Shown here piece after piece: positions 22,205-32,826 of a DNA stretch of 64,000 nt. Below the pieces are notes generated by a model. It ran no database searches and had not been told where the DNA came from. It saw only the letters and a list, made by a program, of their open reading frames with translations. Position 1 is the first letter of the stretch; each line of letters begins with the position of its first letter. The translations under genes were made by a program, and so were the position numbers. The stretch comes from Nitrosopumilus sp. (lineage in GTDB: Archaea > Thermoproteota > Nitrososphaeria > Nitrososphaerales > Nitrosopumilaceae), in NCBI GenBank assembly GCA_965249555.1, contig OZ252243.1:448001-512000 (forward strand), given 5' to 3'.

Positions 22205-22588
22205 TTATAGATAGACCTTTTTGTAATTCATCTTTCTGTCTAGTTTTTCAATTGCTTCATCAAGGGCATTGATATTAATTTCAAGAAAAGTCGACAGGTG
22301 AAAGATTGCACCATATTTTTCGCCAATTTTTGAGACCATGTTATTTTTCTCTAGTACTTTCATGTGATGCTGAATTGCTTTGTAATCAAGACCAAGTTCT
22401 TTTGATAGTTGATGAGTATTGTATGGTTGCTCAAGCAAGTGCATAATAATGCGTAGTCTGGTAAATCCACCTCTAGTACTTGTAAACAAGTAAAGTAACA
22501 GCTTTCTAGTCTGTTTATCTGGTTTTCTTTGTGTAGAAACTTGTTTTGATCTAATAATTTCTTTGAATTCTAGGAGTTGATTAGCCAT
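22205..22588 (-). CDS. ArsR-like winged-HTH regulator
   Basis: STRGG.TR.RI, LGLDYKAIQHH and YGA.F motifs. Confidence 0.85.
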   Translation of the reverse strand: MANQLLEFKEIIRSKQVSTQRKPDKQTRKLLLYLFTSTRGGFTRLRIIMHLLEQPYNTHQLSKELGLDYKAIQHHMKVLEKNNMVSKIGEKYGAIFHLSTFLEININALDEAIEKLDRKMNYKKVYL

Positions 22589-22698
22589 GTTTCTTAAAGA
22601 AAATAATGCCGAGTTTGCTTAAAACTCTATTTCCATATCTTTTCCATATTCAGGAAGATAATTACCCTTAAATTGACTATGGATAAACTCGTGATATT

Positions 22699-23424
22699 AT
22701 GATGGCATCACGCGGTTACGATATGACGCCTACCATGTATTCTCCAGATGGTAGAATATACCAAGTAGAATACGCCATGGAGACTGTAAAAAGAGGAACT
22801 CTAGCAATTGGTATTTGCAGTAAAGAAGGAGTCATTATGGCAGTAGAGGAGAAAGCCAGAACATTACAAACTGCAAATATCACACAAAAAATTTTCCAAG
22901 TGGATTTTCACATTGGGGTTGCCGCAGCAGGATACATCCCAGATGCACGTATTCAGGTAGATAACGCACGATTCTTTTCACAGGGAAGCAGAATGACGTA
23001 TGATGAATCAGTTGAAGTTGCAACAGTTGCCAAACATTTAGCAGACCAATCTCATCAGTTTACACAATATTCAGGAGTACGTCCAAATGGAGTTTCCTTA
23101 ATAATTGCAGGAATTGATCAAAAAGGAGAATCAATCTATGTGACTGATCCTAGTGGAACTTATGTACAATATGCAGCAGTTGCAATTGGAGCAGGTTCTG
23201 AGGATGTAAATGAATTCTTGGAGAAACATTACAATGCAGATATGAGTATGGATGATGCAGTATCTTTAGCTATTGCTGCAATTAATCTAAAAGCAGAACA
23301 GAAAGATATAATCACCGACATCAAAATGGCAAAGATTACAACTGAAGCAAAAGTTTTTGAAAAAATTTCCGAGTCTGATTTAAAGAAGTATTCTCAAAAC
23401 GTATCAAAGTTTTCTTCAGAATAA
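22699..23424 (+). CDS. psmA: Proteasome alpha subunit
   Basis: YDMTPTMYSPDGRIYQVEYA, RPNGVS and DPSG motifs. Confidence 0.95.
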   Translation: MMASRGYDMTPTMYSPDGRIYQVEYAMETVKRGTLAIGICSKEGVIMAVEEKARTLQTANITQKIFQVDFHIGVAAAGYIPDARIQVDNARFFSQGSRMTYDESVEVATVAKHLADQSHQFTQYSGVRPNGVSLIIAGIDQKGESIYVTDPSGTYVQYAAVAIGAGSEDVNEFLEKHYNADMSMDDAVSLAIAAINLKAEQKDIITDIKMAKITTEAKVFEKISESDLKKYSQNVSKFSSE

Positions 23425-24381
23425 AAGTTTTAGATTTGAAAGCCAAGTGTACAAGTTTTCAGCGAAATAATATTCCAATGGGTATTCATAATATATGATA
23501 TATTCATCCTGTATTCAATAAGAACAGGGTAAATTGGTGTCGCATTCTTCTAGCAATATGGGATTTCAGTAATTGTTGTTTTGTTAGTTTTTGAAGGTAG
23601 TATTGGAAAAATTAGTCAACCATTTGCAGTAGCTACTTGTATACATACCAATTGTGATATTTCAAATTGGTTAGCATTAGTAGTTGGTGTTGGAAACGAA
23701 AATCCTTCAAAATTCCTCCCAAATCATTCTCTTTGTCTGAAATATCCAAAAATTTCCAAGTAATGATATTTAGTCCAGCAGTTGATCGGAATTCAAACTG
23801 GAGGGAAATTTTATTACCAATAAGGAATTTTTTTGACCTGTAACCTTTCGGTTGATAAAATATCTATGATCTGAATAATTCTCTGATACGTAATGCATCT
23901 TTATCCTGTTCTATAACAAGATCCCCAAAAGTGACTTTTTTTACATTTTGCATACTCTTTTATGGTATTGTTAGGTTTTATATCTTTACTTGGCTGATGC
24001 CATCAAACTCAAAACAGACGCAGAAAAAAACGAAATCAATTTGTTATTTGCTAAACCATTTAGAGCACGTAATTTTAATCCGATGATAGCGAAAGATTTT
24101 TCGGGATTGGATGGAATCAAGTTTTTACTTCAACAAAATTTGTGTACAAATGTTACTTGATACGCTTATGGAAGGAGCATTTGTATTGCAAGATGCAGGT
24201 GAATTATTGTATCAAGCAGACCAATCGTTAAAAATTCCAAAAGTAAATGAAACCACGAACAGTATGTTCCGATGAGTAAGTTGAACCTAAAACTCACATT
24301 ATCACGAACCTATTTCTAATCCAATTAATTCAATAAATTGTGTTGAAAACTATTCAAACAAGTATTCAGAGACGATAGATT

Positions 24382-25071
24382 ATGGGTTTAGGGAGTTATT
24401 GGGGCGAAGTAATGGATGTACTTCGAGAGATTATTCCTGTTTATGATAAAGTAAATTCAATCATTTCATTGGGAAAAGATGGTGAACACAGAAATCGTGG
24501 AATTTTGGGAAGAGTGCTTCCAGGCAATAAAATTCTAGATGCAGGTTCTGGTTTTGGCAACATGTCAAAGACTGCACTAAAACAAACTGATGGAAAAATT
24601 TCAATCACACTTTATGATCCTCTAGTACCCATGCTCAAAAATACTAGCAAGTATTTTGAAACGTCTCCAGACATGGCAAACGGAGTTTTTGAGCACATTC
24701 CATTTAGGGATGAAGAATTTGATGCAGTGTTGTGCGGATATTCATTAAGAGATGCAATTAATTTGAGAATTGCAATTTCTGAAATTCATCGAGTGTTGAA
24801 AAAAGATGGCAGATTTGTCATTGTTGATTTGGGAAAACCAGATGAAGCATTCATCAGAGCAGGTGTTTCATTTTATCTAAGATGTATTCTTCCCATTCTT
24901 GCATTTATTGCAGGAGGAAGACTTGGATTAAAGTTTGGAAAGCTACATGGTACATTCAAGAGATGGCCTCAAAACAAAAAGCTTGAAGGATTGCTACTAG
25001 AAAAATTCTCCAGAGTAGAATTTGAGAAAGATCTTATGGGCGGAGCAATAATGGTTGCAGCATTCAAATGA
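24382..25071 (+). CDS. UbiE/MenG-like SAM methyltransferase
   Basis: YDKVN..ISLG, LDAGSGFG and EIHRVLK.GR motifs. Confidence 0.8.
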   Translation: MGLGSYWGEVMDVLREIIPVYDKVNSIISLGKDGEHRNRGILGRVLPGNKILDAGSGFGNMSKTALKQTDGKISITLYDPLVPMLKNTSKYFETSPDMANGVFEHIPFRDEEFDAVLCGYSLRDAINLRIAISEIHRVLKKDGRFVIVDLGKPDEAFIRAGVSFYLRCILPILAFIAGGRLGLKFGKLHGTFKRWPQNKKLEGLLLEKFSRVEFEKDLMGGAIMVAAFK

Positions 25072-26222
25072 ACAGAGTTCTGATTCTAGTCAACATTACT
25101 GCCTTAATCATTGGAATTTCATATGGACTGCACGGACCAATTCTGCCATTATTTGCAAAGAATGTAATTGGTGCTACGTATTCTGAACTTGGATTAATTG
25201 GATTGACCAATTTCATCCCTTACATGTTCATTCCACTTTTTGTAGGAATTCTTCTTGACAGGTTTAACAGTGGATACCTACTTGCATTAGGAGCTGCTAT
25301 CAATTCCGCATCAATCTATCTTCTATCAATTGCACAATCAGTTCCAGAAATAATGGGATTTAGAATAATGACAGGAGTGGCTCATGCATTTTTTTGGCCA
25401 CCGTGTCAGGCTATTATCGCGACTGAGAGTACAGAGAAAAACAGAGTCAAAAACATCTCCTGGTTTACAATGTTTTTTGTTATTGGATTTATGGTAGGAC
25501 CATTACTTGGCACAGTATTCCTTGATGGTATCGATATTACCTACAGAATTCTATTCCAGATTACAGCGTTCATTATGGCTACTGCAATAATCTCTGCACT
25601 AATTATCTCAAGAAAAAGAGTTAGAACTCACAATAAACGACTATCTTTCTCATCAATTAAGGAGCTGAAAAGATTTCCAGAAGTAATAATCTTATTGATT
25701 TTCTGTACATCGTCTTTTGGAATAATTCTCACAATTTATCCAGCGTTTCTAAATGACAATGGAATGTCAGCTACAGATATTTTGTTATTGTATTTTGTTT
25801 TTGGAGTATCACGTGTTGTATCACTTGCATTAGTTGGAAAGTTTGCAAAAAAATCAAGTCAGACCTTGATTGCGGCAACAATGGCAGTATCAATTGGATT
25901 AGCCATATCAGTTGTTGCAGATTCAATCATTGGTTTTGCAGTTTCATTGGTTCTAATGGGATTTGGGTTTAGCATATTTTTCCCCTTGACGCTAGAAATA
26001 ATTTTGAGTAAAACTAGAAAAGAAATTTCAGGAAGATTAATTGGAGCATATGAAACAATTTTTGGAATAGGTTGGGCAATAGGACCAATTATTGGCGGTC
26101 CAGTTACAGAATCATTTGGAGATGAAACACCATATTTGATATTTTGTGTAATAGGAATAGGAGTCACACTGTTTGCAATAATGTCAAGAAAGAAACTAGA
26201 GCCACAAAGAATCCAAAGCTGA
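25068..26222 (+). CDS. MFS transporter
   Basis: About 12 hydrophobic segments and a GILLDRF motif-A-like sequence. Confidence 0.88.
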   Translation: MNRVLILVNITALIIGISYGLHGPILPLFAKNVIGATYSELGLIGLTNFIPYMFIPLFVGILLDRFNSGYLLALGAAINSASIYLLSIAQSVPEIMGFRIMTGVAHAFFWPPCQAIIATESTEKNRVKNISWFTMFFVIGFMVGPLLGTVFLDGIDITYRILFQITAFIMATAIISALIISRKRVRTHNKRLSFSSIKELKRFPEVIILLIFCTSSFGIILTIYPAFLNDNGMSATDILLLYFVFGVSRVVSLALVGKFAKKSSQTLIAATMAVSIGLAISVVADSIIGFAVSLVLMGFGFSIFFPLTLEIILSKTRKEISGRLIGAYETIFGIGWAIGPIIGGPVTESFGDETPYLIFCVIGIGVTLFAIMSRKKLEPQRIQS

Positions 26223-26284
26223 AATTGATCATAGGCATAAAACTTGAACATTACGTTTAATTTCAAATGGGAGTATACCAGAGT

Positions 26285-26626
26285 ATGTTTGATTATTCAT
26301 TGAATATAGCTGGAAGCGAATGGGTGATCATTATTTTTGTTGCAATAGTTTTGATTTTAGGAACAGGAAAGCTTCCGGGTGCTGCAAAAAAACTAGGAAA
26401 AGCAGTTAATGAATACAATAAAGCAAAAAACGAAATTCAAGACCAGATGAAGATAGGAGAAGAGCAATCAGCAAAAATTACAGGGCCAGTAGAGACGGAA
26501 CGAGAAAAATTAGAAATCATGGCCAAATCAATGGGGGTAAATGTGGAAAAAACAGATGATGAGTTAAGAAAAATGATTTCAGAGAAGATGGGTCAAAAGA
26601 AAGATGAGCCAGAAAATAAAGAATAG
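26285..26626 (+). CDS. tatA: Twin-arginine translocase TatA/E
   Basis: EW.II....ILGTGKLPGAAKKLGKAVNEY pattern. Confidence 0.85.
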   Translation: MFDYSLNIAGSEWVIIIFVAIVLILGTGKLPGAAKKLGKAVNEYNKAKNEIQDQMKIGEEQSAKITGPVETEREKLEIMAKSMGVNVEKTDDELRKMISEKMGQKKDEPENKE

Positions 26627-26627
26627 A

Positions 26628-27416
26628 CTATTTTGATTTCTTGATTCTATACAAATTTTTATCAAGTCGTTTTTTGGCAAATTTGTAATAGTCAGGAACA
26701 ATTTCAAAACCAAGAAATCGTCTGTTAAGGGATTTGCTGACAACTGCTACTTGTCCTGAACCAAGAAATGGATCAAATACAATGTCTTTCTTTTCACTAG
26801 AATATTCCAATAATTTTTTAATTAATTCAGAAGGAAGTTTAGTGGGCGTTTTTTCGTCTCCAGACCAGTATTCTCTTTTGATATTCCATACATCTTCTTT
26901 GTCTTTGTAATGAAGACTTCGTCCATCTTTTGTTTTATCATCTTTTTTGAATCTAGAAAATGGGAAGAATTTTCGTTTCTTATCATCTTTACAAACATAA
27001 AGGCAATGATAGTGAGAAGTGACAAATTTCTTTTTCGTAACTACACCAAACTGATACTTCCAGATAATATGGTTAATAGTAACAAATCCAACATCATCTA
27101 GTGCTTGTAAAATATCTTTGAGGTTATTCCAGCCTGAAAAAACATACATGCTGCCTGAGGATTTTAGAATTCTAAAAACTTCACTCATCCATGCAAATGT
27201 AAAATCATAGTAATCCTCTGGTTTGATTTCTGTATATCCGGATAGAACCCTAGATGAAATTCTGTTATAATTCGCTTTTTTTGCTTTAAAGTTGATGGCA
27301 AAAGGAGGATCAGTTATTACAAGATCAATTTTATTTTTAGGAATTGAATTCATTCCTTCGATACAATTTAAATTATAAATTTTGTTGATTTCGATTTTTT
27401 TCATTTTTAAATTCAA
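26628..27416 (-). CDS. Orphan beta-class amino (N6A/N4C) DNA methyltransferase
   Basis: TDPPF precedes DPFLGSG. No adjacent endonuclease. Confidence 0.88.
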   Translation of the reverse strand: MNLKMKKIEINKIYNLNCIEGMNSIPKNKIDLVITDPPFAINFKAKKANYNRISSRVLSGYTEIKPEDYYDFTFAWMSEVFRILKSSGSMYVFSGWNNLKDILQALDDVGFVTINHIIWKYQFGVVTKKKFVTSHYHCLYVCKDDKKRKFFPFSRFKKDDKTKDGRSLHYKDKEDVWNIKREYWSGDEKTPTKLPSELIKKLLEYSSEKKDIVFDPFLGSGQVAVVSKSLNRRFLGFEIVPDYYKFAKKRLDKNLYRIKKSK

Positions 27417-27498
27417 GATTATTTCCTAGCTTAATAATGTCATGGTCAATAGTATTGATTAAACAATAAATCACTAATCATTTCTTATCAAATAGATC

Positions 27499-30009
27499 TT
27501 GAAATTTTCATGTCCAAAATGTAAGTCAAAAATAGAGATTCAAAAAACATTCAACAAAAAAATGCATGTCTCTTGTGGAAAATGCGGTATTGAAGATCTG
27601 CTAGAATTTTCAAAAAATATTGATGAGGTATTTCTTGAATTTCTTTCAAGATTTGATCAGGGTTTAGTCACAGAGAAAGGACTCTCAGAGAATCTAAAAG
27701 AGGAGGGGATTCTCAGAGGAGAAGACGAAATAAAAGAAATGATTGGCAAAAACAAGCCAGATAAAATCACAGAAGAAATTTTATTTTCAAAAAAAGACTA
27801 TATCTCAGAATACAAGGTTTTGAAGAATCCTGAGCCTAAAATGGGCTGTAAAGTTGAAGACTTTGGACTAGATGAATCCATTTCTGATCATCTTAAGGAA
27901 TTAAAGATAGAACAATTTTACAAATTTCAAGAAGAATCAATTCAAGAAATTATCTTTGGAGAAAATGTTGTAATTGAAGCACCTACTGCATCAGGAAAAA
28001 CTGAGGCATTTTTAATTCCAGTGATTCAAAGAATACAAAAAGATGCAAGTGATGGAAATGTCTTTGCAATCTTTGTATATCCTACAAAAGCATTATCGCG
28101 AGATCAATATCCAAAAATTCAAAAATTTGCAGAAAAAATTGGAATCAATGTAAAGATTTTTGATGGAGACACAAAACTAGAAGAGAGGAGAGAAATTATT
28201 GATTCGCCACCTCAGATTTTAGTTACAAATTTTGATATTATACACTATCATCTTTGTCATCAGACAAAATTTTCATCAATATTGTCTTCAACAAGAATTC
28301 TTGTAGTAGATGAAGCACATGTGTATTCAGGAATTTTTGGATCAAATGTTCATTATATAATAAAAAGACTCAAGAGAATTTGTAGTAACAAATTACAGTT
28401 TGTTGCAGCATCAGCTACACTTGATGATGCAAAAAAATTCTGTCAGCAATTGTTTGGAGAAAAAATGAAAATCATTCATGGTTCAGGAAAAAAAGGTCAG
28501 ACAGATTTTGTAATGTTGTTTCCATCACTTAGAACTCAAAGAGCATTGATGGTTGATCTTACAAAGAAATTGACTGAGAAAAATCACAAGACTATGGTCT
28601 TTAACAATTCACATCTAAACTCTGAGCTATTAGCAATACAAGCAAAAAAACAAAAAGTCAACATCAAAGTTCACAGGGCTGGTTTGATGGTAAATTACAG
28701 AACTGCAGTTGAGAAACAATTCAAAGAGGACAGATTACAAGCAATTTCATGCACTCCTACGCTTGAACTAGGCATAGATGTAGGCAATGTTGATTGTGTC
28801 ATATCATCTACCATCCCAGTAAACAGACTAATTCAAAGAATTGGAAGAGCGGCAAGAAAGGGACAAAGAGGATATGCATTTTTGGCATTAGGAAATGATC
28901 CTATTTCCCAATACTACAAAAATCACCCTGATGATTATTTTGAAGACATTGAAAAGACATACATCGACCCCAAAAATCCGTTTGTAGAAGAATTTCAAGT
29001 CTTAGCAATGGCATGTGACAGACCAATTTCCAAACATGAACTAAAAGAACATCAAGAAATAATAGAGTATCACATAATCAATGAAAATTTTCTAGTTGTT
29101 AATAATAGAATTATTCCAAATCTTGAGAAAATTAATTCAATGTTGAATGATTACAGCATTAGAGGGATTGGAAAGTCCATAGATATTTTCCTAAATGAAA
29201 GAAAGGTAGGAGACAGGGTATTGCCGATTGCATTAGAAGAATTACATAAAGATGCAATCTATTTTTTGGCAGGTATACGTTACAAAGTGAAGGAATTTGA
29301 TTATCCCAAAAAAAATTATGCAAAACTTGAAAAAATTCCAAGAGACTATCCATACTATACAAAATCACTTACAGAAGAATGGCCAACAATTGAAACAGTT
29401 TTTGAGAAAAGAGAAGCAAATGGTATAGAAGTGGCATTTTGTAAATTACACATAGAGAAGAAAGTTTATGGTTATGTAAACATGGAACTAGGACAAGAAG
29501 TTACCCAAGGAGAAAAAGTACTGTTAGATACTCCACTAGAATATGATTTTGTTACCAAAGGAATTGTCTTCCATGCACCAAGACCTCTCAAAGTTATGGA
29601 GACGGCAGAAGATGAGGATTATACTGAAGCCAGTGGATATCATGCAACAGAGCATGTCGTAATAGAGGGAAGCAACATGATCACAGGAGGAGTATCTCAA
29701 GATTTGGGAGGCATATCTTTAGGCACCTCAGGCTTGATTTTCATCTATGATGGAGCAATAGGGGGAAGCGGTGCCAGTAAAGCACTGTATGATAGATTTG
29801 AGAAAGCCCTTGAGCGAAGTATGCATATTGTAAAGGAATGTCCATGTGAGAATGAATCTGGATGTCCTAGATGCACGTTCTCATACAGATGCGGAAACAA
29901 TAACGAATACCTGCACAAATATTCTGCATTAGAGATTCTGGAGAGGATTAGTAATGGTGAGAAAACAGAATTGGTAGATCCTACTGAAGGCGACAGACCA
30001 CTAGTATGA
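27499..30009 (+). CDS. DEAH helicase with C-terminal 4-Cys DUF1998 domain (Hrq1/MrfA/SftH-like)
   Basis: PTASGKT, DEAH, SAT, LELGID, QRIGRAAR and CPC..GCPRC motifs. Confidence 0.9.
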   Translation: MKFSCPKCKSKIEIQKTFNKKMHVSCGKCGIEDLLEFSKNIDEVFLEFLSRFDQGLVTEKGLSENLKEEGILRGEDEIKEMIGKNKPDKITEEILFSKKDYISEYKVLKNPEPKMGCKVEDFGLDESISDHLKELKIEQFYKFQEESIQEIIFGENVVIEAPTASGKTEAFLIPVIQRIQKDASDGNVFAIFVYPTKALSRDQYPKIQKFAEKIGINVKIFDGDTKLEERREIIDSPPQILVTNFDIIHYHLCHQTKFSSILSSTRILVVDEAHVYSGIFGSNVHYIIKRLKRICSNKLQFVAASATLDDAKKFCQQLFGEKMKIIHGSGKKGQTDFVMLFPSLRTQRALMVDLTKKLTEKNHKTMVFNNSHLNSELLAIQAKKQKVNIKVHRAGLMVNYRTAVEKQFKEDRLQAISCTPTLELGIDVGNVDCVISSTIPVNRLIQRIGRAARKGQRGYAFLALGNDPISQYYKNHPDDYFEDIEKTYIDPKNPFVEEFQVLAMACDRPISKHELKEHQEIIEYHIINENFLVVNNRIIPNLEKINSMLNDYSIRGIGKSIDIFLNERKVGDRVLPIALEELHKDAIYFLAGIRYKVKEFDYPKKNYAKLEKIPRDYPYYTKSLTEEWPTIETVFEKREANGIEVAFCKLHIEKKVYGYVNMELGQEVTQGEKVLLDTPLEYDFVTKGIVFHAPRPLKVMETAEDEDYTEASGYHATEHVVIEGSNMITGGVSQDLGGISLGTSGLIFIYDGAIGGSGASKALYDRFEKALERSMHIVKECPCENESGCPRCTFSYRCGNNNEYLHKYSALEILERISNGEKTELVDPTEGDRPLV

Positions 30010-30051
30010 CAAATCAAAATGGGATAAATATGCCAAAAATTTAGCACATGT

Positions 30052-30882
30052 ATGGAAAAAGTAGCTCTTGTTACTGGTAGTTCATCAGGAATTGGATTAG
30101 AGACGGTATTAGCACTTGCAAGAGATGGTTACCACACTTTTGCAAGTATGAGAGATGTTGGAAAAGCAGGAGAGCTAGAACATGCTGCAAAAAAAGAAAA
30201 CCTCTTGATAGATGTAATAGAGTTAGATGTAGACAAAGAGGAATCAATAGTTTCTGCAATTAACAAAGTATCTACAGATGCTGGAAGGTTAGATGTTTTA
30301 GTAAACAATGCAGGATATGGACAGTTTGGATGCACAGAAGATGTATCAGTTGATGATTTTAGAAAACAGTTTGAGACTAATTTTTTCAGCATTGTAAAAA
30401 TCATTAAAGAGGTAGCTCCAATTATGAGAAAACAGAATTCGGGAATTATTGTAAACATTAGTTCTGTTGTTGGTAGAATGGGATTACCTGGTTCTACAGC
30501 TTATATCAGTACAAAGTTTGCACTAGAAGGATTAAGTGAATGTCTCAGATATGAGCTTGGGCAATTTGGAATTAAAACTACATTAATTGAGCCAGGAGTT
30601 ATCAAGACAAACTTTTTTAATTCAATGAAGATTCCAGAATCAAAAACTGATCCTAAATACAAGACATTAACTGATAACATGCTTGCAGGTCTTAAAATGA
30701 TGGTAGAGATGGGAACTGCACCATCTCAAGTTGCAGATGTAATAATAAAGGCAATTCATGATGATGAGATTTTGCCACGATATATTGTAGGAACTGATGC
30801 GGCCATGTTTTTGGAAGCAAAAAAGACAAAAACAGACATAGAATTTGAGAAATACATGAGTAAGGAGCTATTTACTAGCTGA
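30052..30882 (+). CDS. Short-chain dehydrogenase/reductase
   Basis: TGSSSGIG, NNAG and YISTK motifs. Confidence 0.92.
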   Translation: MEKVALVTGSSSGIGLETVLALARDGYHTFASMRDVGKAGELEHAAKKENLLIDVIELDVDKEESIVSAINKVSTDAGRLDVLVNNAGYGQFGCTEDVSVDDFRKQFETNFFSIVKIIKEVAPIMRKQNSGIIVNISSVVGRMGLPGSTAYISTKFALEGLSECLRYELGQFGIKTTLIEPGVIKTNFFNSMKIPESKTDPKYKTLTDNMLAGLKMMVEMGTAPSQVADVIIKAIHDDEILPRYIVGTDAAMFLEAKKTKTDIEFEKYMSKELFTS

Positions 30883-30959
30883 TGTCGCACTTTTACGTTA
30901 AATTGATATACACATAAGGTACAGTTTTTGTCAAAGTCTACAATTTTAAGGTGAATGAA

Positions 30960-32615
30960 ATGAAATGGAAAACGCTACAACACAATGGAATCTTGTTTCC
31001 TTCTGCATATGAGGCTCAAGGAATCAAGATAAAGATCAAAGGGGAATCAATAGATCTTAACTTAAAACAAGAAGAGATGATTTACCAATGGGCAAAAAAG
31101 AAAGACACCCCATATGCTCAAGATAAGGTATTTCAAAAAAACTTTACAGCGGATTTTGCCAAAACTATGAATTCTAAATTTAAAAAAATTTCATATGAAG
31201 ACATTGATTTTTCTCAAGCTTACAAAATAGTTGACAATAAAAAAGATCTCAAAGAAATGATGACAAAAGAGGAGAAGAAAGAAACTGCTGCAAAAAGAAA
31301 AAAACAGCGAGAGAAACTCAAATCAAAGTATGGGATTGCCATCATGGATGGAAAGAAAGTTGAAGTTGGAAATTACATGGCAGAACCTCCAGGAATCTTC
31401 ATTGGGAGAGGAGAGCACCCAATTAGAGGAAAATGGAAGCCACGTGTTTCTGCAAAAGATGTTACACTAAACCTTGGAAAAGAAGCCAAAGTACCAAAAG
31501 GAGACTGGGGTAAAATTATTCATGACAAAAATTCAATGTGGCTGGCTAGTTGGATGGATTTTCTTACACAGAGAAGAAAGTATGTGTGGCTTGCAGATAG
31601 TTCTGACCTAAAACAAGGCAGAGATAAGGAAAAGTACGAAAAAGCTATCAAGCTTGAAAAAGAGATTGAAAAAATCAAAAAAGCAATGGTCAAAGATATG
31701 AAAGATCCTAAAAAGAGCAATGTTGCTACTGCGTGTTATTTGATTTATAGAACTGCAATGAGAGTTGGAGACGAAAAAGATCCAGATGAAGCAGATACTG
31801 TAGGTGCCACAACTCTAAGAAAAGAACACATCAAAATTACTTCAGATGCAATAGAGTTTGACTTTTTGGGAAAAGACAGCGTAAGATGGCAAGAGACTCT
31901 AAAGGCAGTTGGTGACGATAAACAATTTCAAGAAAATCTCAAAAAATTAATTGAAAAGAAAAAACCAAATGAGGAGATTTTCCACAATATTACATCAAGA
32001 GATGTGAACAAATATTTTTCAGGAATTGTAAAGGAATTAACTGCCAAGGTGTTTAGAACATACCAAGCAACAGCAGTAGTCAAAGACTATCTTGTAGAAC
32101 ATGACAACATCAAAGGAAAGACTGCAAATGAGAAACTATACCATGCAAAACTGGCAAATTTGGAAGCCGCAATGATGTGTAATCACAAAAGAACTATCCC
32201 GAAAACATTTGAGAAATCATTAGAAAAGAAGAGATATACTCTCAAAAAGGCTGAAAAAGATCAACACTCAAAGAAAACTCAAGAAACTCTCAAAAAAGTA
32301 AAGTCATCTGAGCCTAAAACTGACACTCAAAAGAAGAGTAAAGTAAAAAGAATCAAGACACTAAATAAACAAATCAAAAAACAGAAACTAAGACACAAAG
32401 ATAAAGTGGAGAAATTAAAGTTTCAAATTGATTTATCTGAAAAAACTAGAGACTATAATCTTGGAACGTCTCTTAGAAACTACATAGATCCTCGTGTAGT
32501 CAAGGCATGGACTGATGAGGTAGGTGCAGAATGGGAGAAACTCTATACTGCTGCATTGCAAAAGAAATTCCTCTGGGTCAAAAACGAAAATGTAGAGTGG
32601 AAAGAACTAAAGTAA
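30960..32615 (+). CDS. DNA topoisomerase IB (eukaryote-like, thaumarchaeal)
   Basis: KWKTLQHNG, GRGEHP, RVGDEK, FLGKDS, KVFRTY, CNH and SLRNYIDPR (catalytic Tyr). Confidence 0.95.
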   Translation: MKWKTLQHNGILFPSAYEAQGIKIKIKGESIDLNLKQEEMIYQWAKKKDTPYAQDKVFQKNFTADFAKTMNSKFKKISYEDIDFSQAYKIVDNKKDLKEMMTKEEKKETAAKRKKQREKLKSKYGIAIMDGKKVEVGNYMAEPPGIFIGRGEHPIRGKWKPRVSAKDVTLNLGKEAKVPKGDWGKIIHDKNSMWLASWMDFLTQRRKYVWLADSSDLKQGRDKEKYEKAIKLEKEIEKIKKAMVKDMKDPKKSNVATACYLIYRTAMRVGDEKDPDEADTVGATTLRKEHIKITSDAIEFDFLGKDSVRWQETLKAVGDDKQFQENLKKLIEKKKPNEEIFHNITSRDVNKYFSGIVKELTAKVFRTYQATAVVKDYLVEHDNIKGKTANEKLYHAKLANLEAAMMCNHKRTIPKTFEKSLEKKRYTLKKAEKDQHSKKTQETLKKVKSSEPKTDTQKKSKVKRIKTLNKQIKKQKLRHKDKVEKLKFQIDLSEKTRDYNLGTSLRNYIDPRVVKAWTDEVGAEWEKLYTAALQKKFLWVKNENVEWKELK

Positions 32616-32662
32616 AATATTTTAGAATCATTTAATTTCCCAAATTTTTCAGGCATATACAT

Positions 32663-32777
32663 GCCGGGGTAGCTCAGCCTGGTTAGAGTGCCAGTTGAAT
32701 TGGTAAACTCTAACGGTTCTCCAACTAAGGCAATACTCATAATCTGGAGGTCGTGGGTTCGAAACCCATCCCCGGCA
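32663..32777 (+). tRNA. tRNA-Met(CAT), elongator type, with a 40-nt intron at 30/31 (32695-32734)
   Basis: Removing the intron gives ccaga-CTCATAA-tctgg. BHB motif with central helix TGCC/GGCA and bulges AG|T and AT|A. Confidence 0.92.
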
Positions 32778-32826
32778 CACATCATGTAACAAACATAAAT
32801 TTTAGAAAAATAAAAAAGGAATTGGA

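Noticed and set aside
26628-30009. MTase plus DUF1998 helicase as a DISARM/Druantia-like system
   Set aside because: Divergently oriented among housekeeping genes, with none of the other components present.
30960-32615. Eukaryote-like topoisomerase IB as a novelty
   Set aside because: Established hallmark of Thaumarchaeota.
32543-32785. 80-aa ORF
   Set aside because: Antisense to tRNA-Met.
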